Shown piece after piece: positions 28,615-41,137 of a stretch of DNA of 64,000 nucleotides. Made by a program: the position numbers and the translations under genes. This DNA is from a virus. Position 1 is the stretch's first letter, and each line of letters starts with the position of its first letter. The stretch covers positions 77,670 through 141,669 of IMG/VR virus record IMGVR_UViG_3300020469_005214. The stretch is one strand, 5' to 3'. Below the pieces are notes generated by a model. The model was not told the DNA's origin and did not search any database. It was given only the letters and a program-made list of their open reading frames with translations.

Positions 28615-31600
28615 ATGAAGACAATACAACTATCACTACACCGCTCCGAGGACGAACCTTTCCTTCAAAAATGGGAAGTCGCCCGCAAATGCGTTTTCTC
28701 TGCTAAACTTAATGCAGAACATATCGATTATCCAAATGCTCCAACAAAACTAGCTGAGCTTTTGTTTCACGTTACCAACGCACCATTTGAAATGTTGGAT
28801 AAAGTGCATGAAAAAATTCTTCTAGCTCTATGGGAGAATTGTAAAAAACAAGATACTTTTTACTCGACAAGCGTTGGCGATGTCGTTAAGATTCACGATC
28901 ATATTAGTGGAGAACGCACTACACTTATGTGCAAGTCAGTTGGATGGGAGGAATTATAATGGATACAAAAACAATACCTAATGAGGGACGATACGATTAT
29001 TCGATCAGCCTAGTAGATAGCTTTAACAAACAAATTAAAGAAGCCTATGAATACGAAAAAAATCACGCATACAAAGAATACGAAAGTAAAATTATATCGT
29101 ATCGAATGGGGGTGGAGTGACGGCTCTGATGATTCATCGCCTCCAACTCTAGTAGCAGTTGGTGCTAATCCCTATGAAGTTTGGGGCGATGAATACGAAT
29201 GGTCAGACAACCAATTTGGGTTTGATAACGACATACATTACTGGTTTGAGGATATGGACGAACTGAAGTCTTATTGCGTAAATGACGGCAAGGGCGAGTG
29301 GTATATTAAATCATACGAGTTTGTTCGAGAACATGATCTAGCAGAAATTTAACATATAAATTAATATTATGCCAACAGAAAAACTAACCGAACCACAGTT
29401 TCTTAGAACAAAAGAGATAACTGACACCATCATGGATGATATCCGTGTTGTTTTAAAAAAATATAAAAAAGATATTCCTATGTGGGATAATGAAAATATA
29501 AATTATAATTTAGAGAGTCATATTCGCGACCATGTTAGAATTGATGTAGTGCGCGAGGTTATGAAACAATATAATGTATACATATAATTATTATGAGCGG
29601 AGCACAAGAGATAATAGAACGAAACTTTGAACAACTCTGTATTGATACACTCGTTCCCTTGGGTATGAAACACGCAAGTGAAGAAAAAGAAAAATTATAT
29701 AAATCTATAAGAGAGTTTGTTTATGAGTTTATGTATGATTCATCGACATTAGAGGGCGTTGAAGAGGAAGCTGAGTATGTTCCTAACTATTATGATTTAA
29801 AATGGAGACCTTAACATGGACGAAAAATACAAAAAAGAAAGTCTTGACTTAGCACTTAGATGGTTTCAAGATAACGATGTTCCTGCATACGAGGACGATG
29901 GAAGTATATACGTTCAAGCAGGCAGGGATGCCGATGTCCAGATTTCAACATCTGAGATTGATTACAGAGCAGATTTACAAACAGATTATGAGCGCGAAAA
30001 ACAGTCACTTAACAATTAGGGAAGAAGTAACCGAGCAAGGTCTTGCCGTTCCCGTATCTTTACTATCTTTAGATGGAGAAGATGCCCTTTATATCCAGGA
30101 CACGCCCTACTTAAATATTGATTGCGAGTATTGCTCTGATCATTGTTTAGATGATAGTGGCTCGAACTTATTAGTTAAAATTACTGATCCTACTCAATTT
30201 GATGGAGACGGAAAACCTTTGAAAAATAGGCTTGCATTTGCTATTAATGCAGATTACGATTGGAACTGATGAAAAAACCATATAAAATACCATGTGCATG
30301 GGAAGTTGTTGCAATGGCAGAAGTAGAAGCGGAATCTTTGAATGAAGCCATTAGTAAAGTAGAAGATCACGATTTTCCATTGCCAATAGATAACTATTAT
30401 GTAGATGACTCTTTCGAAATCGATAAGGATTGGCTTGAGAACTTATATGAAGAAGAATATGAAAAAACTAACTGATTACTGCTTAAATAATAAACTAGTC
30501 GCCACAGAAAAAGATGTTGAGTCGGCATTTATGATTTGTGTTTGTGCAACTATATCCTTGACATTGATATTAATATCAACAATAATAGAATTAAATTAAT
30601 TAATATTATGACACACTTAGAACCACAAATTGGATGTCTCTCAGATGATATCATTGAAAAATTAGATAAAAAAATGGAAGAGCTGAAAGGAATCGGTCTA
30701 TCTGATATTGATATCTATATTATAAACCTTGCGATATCACTTAGTCAAAAAAAAGTCTTGACTTAAGTTTTCCCTCAACCATACTGGCTTTATGAAAATT
30801 ACACTAAAAAAGATAGAACACTCGGAGTTTCAATCACAAGAAACTAACTGTTTCAAGGCTGACCTATATGTTGATGGAAAGCCTTTTGCCATTGTAAGTA
30901 ACGATGGTATCGGTGGATGCGATATGCACTACAAACACCCTAAGAATCCTCAAACTCCTCAAGAGTATCACGAGGAATTAGATAGTATTTTTAAGTGGCA
31001 CAGAGAAAACACTACTTATAAAACTGAGTTTGACGACAGGGGATATAGCGAAGGTAGCTTGGATATGACAGTAAGTGATATCTTGGTAGATCATTTAATT
31101 ACTAAAGATGTTAAGAAGCTAATGTCTCGCTCTATGATTGTATTTGAAAAGGGTCAAGAAGGCTATTACAAGTTTGGAAAAAAGAAGTATGGAATAGTTC
31201 AAGAGACTATGGATGCTTTTAAGGCTAAGCTTGACAAATGGTATGGAGATAAGTGGGTATGTATAAACGATATGCCTATTGACGAAGCAGTTGCTTACTA
31301 TAAAACTAATTAAAATTATGACTACAGAAAACAAAATACCATACGGACTAGTTGAACATTGGCTAGGCTCAGATGCACAACTAGAAGAAGCAATTGATAT
31401 CTTAACTGATATCGCAAACGGAGATTATGCTCCTAGTCTATTAAAAGAAGACATATTAAGTCTAGAAGATTCTTATGAAGAAGCATTAGACTGTATGGAT
31501 GAAATACATTCCCCAAGTTAAGATGCCAACATATAATTTAGCAAGAGAAGTCACTTATATAGAATATTATGATGATATTGAGGCAGAATCACCCGAAGAA

Positions 31601-34600
31601 GCTATGGAGCTTGTAAGGGAAGATATGATTTTTGATCACGAAGAAGTTATTGATGCTAAAGCACCCGAAGTTCTATCATGGGCAGAAGTCATAGAACATC
31701 CAAACTCTCCAGGCTGAAAAAATAAATTAAAATAGTTGAAATAAAACTATTTTATATTAAATATAATATATGGGTGCATTGGCTTTTATAATAATATTTG
31801 CGGGATTCATAGGGTTTCCATTACTTTGTTTTATTTTTTATGTATGGTATGAATACCAAGAAAACTATATAACAAGGGCTTGTATGAGAGCCGACAAAAA
31901 GTATTACCAGTGGGAACAGTCTCAGAAAAAAAAGCAAGATAAGTCTTGACATTCTGCCGTTTAGTAGTAAATTGGTAATCATGACTACTAAAATTACATT
32001 TGACAACTTCGAGCCTAGCAAACTAACGCCTGCAGACCAAGTCCCTTGGCCTCACCCAGATTGGGCAGATTTAAATGATTGGGCTTTTGAAAATGCAACA
32101 GAGGTTTTCGAAACAACCCGCTACCTTTCTATAAGTCGATACGATCTGTTCCTATCCTTATGGCATCACGCTGGTCGTCCTGTTGAAGGCTTTGAGTCCG
32201 CACTTTGGACAAAAGAAGATGCACTCGGTTAAAAAAGTCTTGACATTAGTTTTTCATTCTACAGAATAGATAAACTATGAAAAAATTAAAATATTATTTT
32301 GCTACTGTGCTTATTCGCACGGGAGAATATGAGACTTATACCAATTACCGCTTTTGTGCGCCTAACATGGAATCTGCAAAAAAAGAAGTAAAAGAAGGTT
32401 ACGACATAGGCGGAGACGACTGTGAGAGAGTTGCTGAACTTTATAGGCTTGACGAAGTTTCCGAAACAGAATACGATGTTCTTAGAAAGTATATATAAAA
32501 TGGAAGACGATTGGGAACGCGAATTAACGCAAGATCAAGTGATTGGAATTTTAGAGAGTCACTCACAAACGGATAAAGAAATAGATGCGTTTTTTAGATA
32601 CGAAGGATACAGAGATGTATACATAGGTTCAGAAGTTTTTATTTGGTTAGGATATTAATTATGGGAAAAGTAGCAACAGCAATTATTCAGATACTGTGGA
32701 TTCCAGTTGGAATCATAGGAATATTATTTGGTTTTATATCAAATTACATAGAAGCATCGCATCTTAAACTTTGCGATTTCGTAGAAGTAGTCAAAGAAAT
32801 ATAAAATAATATGAAAATAGACATACCAGTTGAAGTATATGATACAGACTATGTATTATTTGACGAACAGACACAGAGACCTCTTGGAAATTTAGATATA
32901 ATTTATTCTTACGAATCAGTTATTGAGTTGGTTAACGACGGATTTGCTCTTGGCGAAAACGAAGCGTTTGTTAAGATGACAGACCTTCCAAAAGAATTGC
33001 TCCAGGAATATGCAGTTCAAATAATAAAAAATAAATAAAATAATATTATGGAATATGTCGTAGACGTAGGCAGTTTTCATATTGACGAAAAAACATATAA
33101 TAAAATTCAATCAATGGACTTCCAGGACCAGAGGCAGTGGCTATCTAAAAAAGTAATTGATGGTTATTGTGACATTGATCGGATTATTGAAGATGTTAAA
33201 GATTTATAAAAAAACTGCTTGACAGCTGTAGAAAAGTAGTCATACTGTAGGGCATGATCACAGCTACACTAGATAAAAACACATGGGTCGAAGTCTTAGG
33301 CATCGACGGGGCTAATGCAATAGTAATTGATGAAGACGGACAAGACTCAGAAGTTTGTGTTGACCGCCTAGACAACATCGAGCATCAAGATTTAGATCTA
33401 ACTCCATTGGAGTGGTAAAAAAAGCTTGACAGCCACATAAAAAAAACTATAGTATTAATCATGAACATAGAAGATTTTACAAACTTAGAAGATAGCGGTT
33501 GGGGCGATGAGGAAATCATCAAAGAGATCGAGATACGTTGCGGGCTGAACAACTCAGATGCTTCTCGATTATATCTTAAATTAAAATATCAGAGATATAT
33601 AAACGAAAAGGCTTGACAACCTTATAAAAGTAACCATACTACAACCATGACCACATCAAAACACTACTACAAACTAGAGATGCTACCAACTGCATCTTCT
33701 CGCAAAGTTGAAATCTTTTACTTCGGCAAATGCCGTGAGGGTTTAGAAGCGGCTTACAGTTACTGCTCAAACGCTTGTGCTTGGCGTATCACTAGCGGTG
33801 GATTCAAGATCGACTTTAAGAATCTACCACTTTTAGACTTGCAATCTCTTTCCGTCTACGCATAATGAAAACGATGAACATTAAACAATACTACACAGAG
33901 CGTTTTCCTACCGATGACCTAGGCAATGAGATAAAAGACGATGTCACCTTTCTCGGCTTATTAGATATATTATTTAGAAACTTAGATGTCTATGATTATA
34001 TGGGCGTAGGTGATAGCCTTGTAAGGGAAAGAGTGTTTGAAGGATTATCGGGATATACTAATTTAGATTATAGCTTCATCTATGATCTATGGTTGCAAAA
34101 AAAATAAATAAAAAAATATGGCTAAAATATATAAATGCACGGCTTGTATACAAGTAACAGTAGAAGCTGAAGACGAATTCGATGCACCATTTGAAGCGGG
34201 GATGCATCTAGACATCGGGGACATCGATTGGGATCTTGAAGAAGTTAAAGAGATCGAAACTAACTCTCAGTCTCTGACGAATGTCACGATAAATTAATTT
34301 TATTTTTTTTTAAAAAAGACTTGACTTTATTTTTTGTGTAACTACAGTAGTAGGCATGAAAGTAAGAGTATACCGCAACTTAACCAAAAAATGCCTCTCA
34401 GTCCAGACCATGACAAAGAAGGGCTGGAGAGTGACAAGACACGTCCAATCAATTTATCTGAAGGACGCCACATTCAAAGTGTCTGAAGCTGGACGCCAAA
34501 GAGTTCTTAAACAGAAGCGTAAGAATGTCCACGCTTTAGTAGAGGGAAAAGAAATAGATCAATTTAATACTTCAACCTCAAAGGTTAGCTATAACCCTTA

Positions 34601-36493
34601 CACTTCATCTTATTTTTTCTTGAGGGAAGATCCAAGCAAAAAGATAGTTCAATCAAAAAGAGTTAAGATCATGACAACTGGAATTGAAGTTGAAGACTAT
34701 GCGTTGAAAAACTAATTAGAATTTTTTTTTTAAAAAAAACTTGACTCAAGGGTATTTCCTGCTAGATTTGCATTATGACCACAATTACTGACTACCTAAC
34801 ATATCGCAACTACTGCCACAACAGAATGTTGTCACCTAACATTCCCGCAGAAAAATGGATTAGAATTTATAAGGATCAACCAACCTTTGAAAAACTTTTT
34901 CAAAAAGAATGCAAAAAACTCTTGACAAAGAAAAAGAATCTGTCATTGTCTTAGTTAGTTAACCACAGAAAACTAACCACAAAAAAACAAACTACTATTA
35001 TGGAAATGCAAAACACACTCACACTCGGACAAGCTTACATCGTCGATGGTAAACCTATGGTCTTACACACGCTCGAAAATGGTCGCTTCGGCTTTACAGA
35101 TGGTCGCTATGGCTTCGGTCGCACACTTGGTCGTCGTGCTAGCGATGTAGAGATTCTTAACAACCTCAAGATCGCTGAAGGAATCAACCCTCAAGATATC
35201 CTTGACAAACTCAAGTCAAGTGTTCAGTATATGGCTGACTACTACCGCTCAAGAGACTAAAACCAAAAAAAATTAATTTAAAAAATGGAAACAGGATATA
35301 AAGTTGAGTTTATTACGCCAGAGTCTTTAGAAGAAAAAAAAGAATTAAAAAAAGCTCTTGCAATTGTTTTAAACGAAGCAGAGATATCTGCTCTTGGAGA
35401 TAAAAACAAAAAAGTTTTGGACTCCGTAGATTTGGTCAACAAAAAAGTTCTCAATCATCTTTAGTGGTTAAAAAATTGAATTAAAAAAAACTTCGGAAAG
35501 GTTTTTATACTAACTAAAAAAGTTAGTATTTTTTTTATTTTTTTCTTGACATCGTTAAAAAAAAGAAATATATTATCTTAAATAATAGGAATTTTTTCCG
35601 TTAGTCAGCTTGGCTGACTACTACATAGATAAAAAATTAATTAATATGAAAGAGATCAAAAGAATTATAAAATATATGTTTAGTAAACCCGTGCGAAAAA
35701 GATATGATGACAAATCTGTAATTGCAGAAAATAAAACTAAAAAACTTCCAGATTCAGATTATGATGGAATGGGAAATTTTTCTAGGTTTGGTAAACCGCC
35801 AGGCTAAAAATTAAATTTATATTTTTTTTTAAAAAAAACTTGACTTCGGGAAATAATTATACATTATTGTTTTTATGTTAACCACATTTCACCAATGCAT
35901 CGAAGAGGCTGAAAAGTTTCTCGCAAAAAATAACATAGTTTGTTCTGAGTTTTCGGACAAATTATTTACTGGCGGTATTTCCTATGGTCAAACCATGTCT
36001 TTTAATTTTAAGATTGATCGTTTGAATGGAAGATTTACTAAACAATTTTTTCACTTCATTGTTAACCGAGACGAAAGCGGGCATTATGAAGCTATTAATT
36101 ATGCTTTGTAAGTAACTGATTTATAGTGACTTAGAATTATTTTCATCTTTTTTTAAAAAAAAACTTGCAATCCGTATTTCTTATGTCATTGTATTAAACA
36201 TAGCACCAATGCTATATCGCCAACCACGGCAAAAAAACTAACCACTATATTCTATGACCAACTTAGAAAAAATCGACGCTCTCAAGTCAGAAAAACGTCT
36301 TGAGCTTATTGGATCAATCGCTAAGAAGCTAAAGGCAAAGAAAGTTGAGCCTAGCAGTTTCACAAGTGCAATGCACGAGATAGCAGAAAAAGACGATACA
36401 TCTGCTTTCATCGCCCAGTCAGTTGAAAGTTTAAAAGACTTCAAAATCTATGAGAAGCCAGATGAAAATATCCTATCTGAAATGTTTGGATAA
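28615..36493 (+). other. dense array of about 30 small early hypothetical ORFs (e.g. 28615-28959, 29047-29352, 30792-31313, 31981-32232, 32277-32498, 33254-33418, 33461-33616, 33647-33865, 34118-34297, 34356-34715, 34775-34954, 35000-35260, 35875-36111, 36254-36493)
   Basis: All + strand; many have their own TTGAC promoter; several sub-60-aa ORFs read by hand. Confidence 0.65.
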
Positions 36494-36502
36494 CATCTAG
36501 CG

Positions 36503-36536
36503 AAATCCCCCTTTAGAAATTTAGGGGGATTTTTTT
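36503..36536 (+). terminator. Rho-independent terminator
   Basis: AAATCCCCCT/AGGGGGATTT stem plus T run. Confidence 0.85.
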
Positions 36537-36991
36537 GTGTCTGTTATAAAATATTAATTTAAATAGTTGACAGATCAAAAAAAATAGACTTAAATAAATA
36601 ATATAAATTAAAAAAAAAGAAAGAAATATATTTCCTGAAATAATGTATCAGAAATCCCGATACAAAAAAAGTTTTTGTGATCCAAATAAGTGTATCCAAA
36701 ATCCTGATACAGCTTGGCTGTATCAAAAAATAGATATAAATAAAAAAAATAAAATAACTTTTAATAATCCGAAATAAAAGAGCCAGGAGAAAAAATAGGA
36801 TAATATTATTTGGAGGTGATAAAAAAAATTATTCTATATTTCCGGCTATTAGCGGTGCTTATGATATGTATTAGTTAGACTTATAGGCAGTAAAATTTTA
36901 TTCTATATTATGCTCTGATTTTTTTTAAAAAAAACAATTTATTTTATCGTTAGGTGTTGACACGTTTTAAAAACTACTTTATTTTATAGGC

Positions 36992-37063
36992 CGTTCCTTC
37001 TCAGTTTTCCGCAAGTAATGAATCTTTCCCTCGACGGGGTTTGAAGACGCTTGGACTGAGATA
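36992..37063 (+). promoter_or_regulatory. structured 5' leader, copy 1
   Basis: CGTTCCTTCTCAGTTTTCCGCAAGT...GCTTGGACTGAGATA; shared with the 38524 copy. Confidence 0.7.
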
Positions 37064-37094
37064 TCTAACCACAAAAAAAAGTAAGTTATATATT

Positions 37095-37907
37095 ATGAAA
37101 ACATCAATCGAAACACTACTGTCTTGGAATCCAACTGCTACACCTCTCTCTGATGAGTTTGGTAAAGTTGGTTACCAATCTATCCGTCGCGATGATAACA
37201 ACTCTTTAATTGGAGTAGTTGGTCAAAAGCGTTCCATTATCTCGAATCGCGAGTGCGTCCAGTCTATCGTAGACATGGCAAACTCATTAAACGTTCCATT
37301 TGGAAACCCTTATGTTAACGAGTTTAACGGAGGCGGAAAAATTCACGTTTCTTTCCCTCTACCAGAGGAGAGAATACAAGGTGATTCTTTTAGCCCAGAA
37401 TTGCGTTTTACTTTCTCACACGACTCTAGCGAGCGTAGGAGAGTCTATTTCGCTTATTCACGTAACGCTTGCTCTAACATCTTTGCAAGTGCTGTTAAAA
37501 AAGGAGAGGGAATTTTTGCTAAGTTTTCTCTGAATCACTCGGAGAATTTCGCTAGTCGAATCTCTGGTTTTCCAGAAAGAATCAAAGAGTTAAGATTTGA
37601 GACAGACAGTGCTATTCAGCGTTTGCAGTCTATTAAAGTAGTAGACCCTGCCCCGTATATCAAACGCCTTATAAAAGGCGAGGGAAAGCGTTCTGACACG
37701 ATCAGAGAAGAGATTGAAACTCTTTTCCGTTCTGGTCGCGGTAACGTAGGAGAAACTGCTTATGACATCTTTAACGGTTTTACTGAGTATTTAAACCACT
37801 CAGCGACATACAAAGAAACCGAAAATAAGACGTCTGCTGAAAATCGCATAAGTAGATTAGTTAACACCGATATCGTAGATGTCGCGAGAGAGTTAGCTAG
37901 AGTCTAA
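37095..37907 (+). CDS. DUF932/DUF945 family protein, paralog 1
   Basis: FSHDSS, RNACSN, GETAYDIFNGFTEYLNH. Confidence 0.8.
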   Translation: MKTSIETLLSWNPTATPLSDEFGKVGYQSIRRDDNNSLIGVVGQKRSIISNRECVQSIVDMANSLNVPFGNPYVNEFNGGGKIHVSFPLPEERIQGDSFSPELRFTFSHDSSERRRVYFAYSRNACSNIFASAVKKGEGIFAKFSLNHSENFASRISGFPERIKELRFETDSAIQRLQSIKVVDPAPYIKRLIKGEGKRSDTIREEIETLFRSGRGNVGETAYDIFNGFTEYLNHSATYKETENKTSAENRISRLVNTDIVDVARELARV

Positions 37908-37914
37908 AAATTAC

Positions 37915-37951
37915 AAGGTCGTATTGGAAATTCTGATACGACCTTTTTTTT
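37915..37951 (+). terminator. Rho-independent terminator whose stem is a YGTATY-N9-GATACR box
   Basis: AAGGTCGTATT...GATACGACCTT plus T run. Confidence 0.8.
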
Positions 37952-38523
37952 GGCGTAATAATACGAAATAATTTTTTTTCAAATTGTATTTGAAATCTGG
38001 ATACAAAAATATAAAGCAGTTTTTTTTATCCGAAATAAAAGAGAAAATTTTTATTAGAGAGCTTGGCTCTCTAAAAATAGAAATATATTTTCCGAAATAA
38101 TGATTAATTTTTTATTACAGAGCTTGGCTCTGTAAAATAGTTTTTTCTCTCTCAAATAATGTATTTGAAATTCTGATATAAAAAAAAAGAATTATATTCC
38201 CCAAATAAAAGAAAAACTTTTTATTAGAGGGCTTGGCCCTCTAAGTATAACCAGCAAATAAAAAAAAATAATTCTAAATAAATAAGCGCGTAATAAAGAA
38301 AAGTTTCCATAAATAAATAAGCGTATATAAAAAAGAATAATTTTTCCTGGTGCCGAGCAAAACCGGGTATTAGCCGGTCTTATAGCAAGTATTAGATTAT
38401 CTTATGGCATACCGCCAGGCGGGATTTTAACGGCCTATTTAGTGGAAAAATTTTTTTTATTTTTTTTCATCTATTTGCGCCTATGGACTTGACTCACTTA
38501 AAAAACTATCCTATTTTATAGAT

Positions 38524-38593
38524 CGTTCCTTCTCAGTTTTCCGCAAGTGATGTATCTGCCTTTGATCGGGTAGGGGAAACTTGGACTGAGATA
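38524..38593 (+). promoter_or_regulatory. structured 5' leader, copy 2
   Basis: CGTTCCTTCTCAGTTTTCCGCAAGT...ACTTGGACTGAGATA. Confidence 0.7.
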
Positions 38594-38616
38594 CTAACCA
38601 TAAAAGAAAGTAACTA

Positions 38617-39429
38617 ATGAAAACACTAAATGCTCAACAAGCACTCGAACTCACAATCGTCGAATCTAAACTCAACTGCGAGTTTAAGCAGATCGACATT
38701 AATGGCGAGTATGCCGCGACTGTAGGTATCAAACGCTCGATACCGACATTCGAGAATCTGCTCGATCCATTCGTTCACTTGTCGAACGGCTTACAAGTCG
38801 ACTTCGATCCTAAGATCGAATTGTTCCGCTCAAAGTTCGGAACTGAAGGCGCATCCTACGCGATGTCAATGCCACTCGGTAAAATCGAACTTGGCGGACG
38901 CGAGACCGAAACTCGCATCATTCGTAGAGGATCATTCAATTCATCCGCATCCGATTCATTCGGCATTGAGATGATGGTAATGATTTGCTCAAACGGGATG
39001 ATGGGATGGAAAGCCGAAAGCGAAAGCGGACGCGCTAAGAGTCGCTTCTCACTCAACTGGGAATCGAACGCAGGAAACAAAGTCAATGCAATGCTAGACG
39101 GCTTTTCCTCAATGCAGGATCGATACATTCGGATCGCGGACGAACTTAGAGATATCAAACTCTCTAAGGAACAAGTCGACAATCGACTTGAGAAGCTATT
39201 CGGAAAAGACTCAAAGCAGTCGGATCGAGTTCGCGAACAAGTTCAAGATTTGTTCGTAAGTGGTAAGGGTAATCGTGGCGAGAATGCATGGGACTTGTTC
39301 AATGCCGTCACCGAATATCAGAATCATGAACGAACTTACAAAGTGACTTCAGTTTCGTCCGATGAAAATCGTCGAAAGGGAATTCTCGACATTGACTTCG
39401 ATTCACTTGCCGAAGTATTGGTAGCATAA
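38617..39429 (+). CDS. DUF932/DUF945 family protein, paralog 2
   Basis: SFNSS, MICSNGM, GENAWDLFNAVTEYQNH. Confidence 0.8.
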   Translation: MKTLNAQQALELTIVESKLNCEFKQIDINGEYAATVGIKRSIPTFENLLDPFVHLSNGLQVDFDPKIELFRSKFGTEGASYAMSMPLGKIELGGRETETRIIRRGSFNSSASDSFGIEMMVMICSNGMMGWKAESESGRAKSRFSLNWESNAGNKVNAMLDGFSSMQDRYIRIADELRDIKLSKEQVDNRLEKLFGKDSKQSDRVREQVQDLFVSGKGNRGENAWDLFNAVTEYQNHERTYKVTSVSSDENRRKGILDIDFDSLAEVLVA

Positions 39430-39478
39430 TGGAAATTATAATTCTTACTTTCCTTCTGCTAGTCTTGTTCTAAAAATC

Positions 39479-39511
39479 AAAGTCTCACTCGAAAGGGTGG
39501 GACTTTTTTTT
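39479..39511 (+). terminator. Rho-independent terminator
   Basis: AGTCTCACTC-GAAA-GGGTGGGACT plus T run. Confidence 0.85.
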
Positions 39512-40103
39512 ATGCCTTCCCCAAGAAATAGTTGTATTGAAAATTTGGATACATAAAAAAGGTTTTTATAATTCTAAATAGTGTATTGAAAATCTTGATA
39601 CGACTTTAGTCGTATAGCAGTTTTTAAAATCGGAAATAATTGTATCCATAATCTTGATACGGCATTGCCGTATAAAAGTTTTTATCCCCGAAATAAAGGG
39701 ACAATTTTTATTAGAAGGCTTGGCCTTCTAGATGGTTTTAGTGTATCGAAAATCTTGATACAATCACCGGTCCCATTAGCAAAACTGATTCTTAGTATTA
39801 GAAAATTTAATAGCTTTTTTATTTGACAAGCCCGGATTTTTATGTTAGCCAAAAGTCTTGGTACTAGCGCAGGGGTGGTAGTTCTCCCGAACGTTTTATC
39901 GCACCCTTAACTATTACAATGATTATTTTTTTATACTTTGCAAGCTTTTTTTTATTTTTTTTTATTTTTTTTCTTAGACCGGGAACCTGGGACCTGGCAT
40001 CCCTGCAAAGTTTTTTTATTTTTTTATTTGACAACCTATTTTCTCTATCCATTGTCTTTTATGTCGAGGGGCAATTCAGCCCAAACAACTCGACCTACAT
40101 AAC

Positions 40104-40457
40104 ATGATAAAAGCTATATTAATCGATCCAACCTTGCCAAACTCTATGTATGGCGGACTTCCCAACTTCTCAACTGTTGAAGTTGGACATTATACTGACA
40201 TTGTAAAGCACATCGGATGTTCGCTTTTTACTTGCGTTCGTTTTCCCGATGGAAAGCACATTGCATATGTCGATGACGAAGGTCTCATTAACGGGACTGA
40301 GTTTGGCGTTCAATTTACTAAAGACATTTACCCCGAACCTTTGGCAGGCAGAATTTTAATTCTTGGCGACGATGGAAAAGGCGGAGATGCTGATTGCGAG
40401 CTTGACATTGCAGAAGTGCAAGCTAAAGTTAAAGGCATCGTTCAATTTTCGATGTAG
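40104..40457 (+). CDS. DUF3846-like protein
   Basis: MIKAILIDP, YVDDEGL, PLAGRILILG. Confidence 0.7.
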   Translation: MIKAILIDPTLPNSMYGGLPNFSTVEVGHYTDIVKHIGCSLFTCVRFPDGKHIAYVDDEGLINGTEFGVQFTKDIYPEPLAGRILILGDDGKGGDADCELDIAEVQAKVKGIVQFSM

Positions 40458-40470
40458 TGTTATCATGCTA

Positions 40471-40503
40471 GGGGCGTCCAAGAGATTGGGCGTCCCTTTT
40501 TTT
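40471..40503 (+). terminator. Rho-independent terminator
   Basis: GGGGCGTCCAA/TTGGGCGTCCC plus T run. Confidence 0.8.
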
Positions 40504-40771
40504 ATCTCAATATAAAAGTTTTTCCTTCTCAAATATTTACGCCAGGTTTTTTTCACGGCTTGGCCGTGAAGATTTATTCCAGCAGGATGAACTGCACAGA
40601 TGTTCACTACCTGGATCAGCAGGCTGAAGTGATCAGATGTTCACTATTTATACAGGCGAAAAAAGATTAAAAAAGAATTTGACATAGCGAAAAAATTCTA
40701 TTTTATTTTTAAGCATAGCACATCTGCTATTGATAACTCAAAGGTCGCGATTTCCTTAATCGCTTAACACT

Positions 40772-41137
40772 ATGTCTTATACATTCGCAAAGTTATTCAG
40801 CACCTTTCACAAAGGCGACTTTGAAGGTCAGGACGTTTCAATTGACATCTCATTAGAAGATTACGGGATCGCTTGGCAAGTGCTTGGTAGTAAAACCAAG
40901 TTTGTTTATGGCGTCGAGTGGAACGGTTCAGAAGGTAAATACGTTTCATTCGATCATTGTTTCATGGATACCGATATGAATGTCTTTTCGGAATTCGACT
41001 GGGTCGACTTTAACGACATCTATTCTTACACTGGTCTAAGTGCGGACGAATGGAAAAAACTTCCGATGCCACAAAAGATTTGCGACCTTGTCCAATGTCA
41101 CGGTCGAGAAAATATCTTCGGCATGGCATCAGTTTAA
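40772..41137 (+). CDS. hypothetical protein
   Basis: Own promoter, 5' hairpin and terminator (41148-41183). Confidence 0.7.
   Translation: MSYTFAKLFSTFHKGDFEGQDVSIDISLEDYGIAWQVLGSKTKFVYGVEWNGSEGKYVSFDHCFMDTDMNVFSEFDWVDFNDIYSYTGLSADEWKKLPMPQKICDLVQCHGRENIFGMASV

Noticed and set aside
37950-38250. Possible CRISPR array
   Set aside because: Repeats vary with compensated stems, intervals are irregular and motif-like, and no cas operon is present; the 5175 nuclease is a typical phage replication gene.
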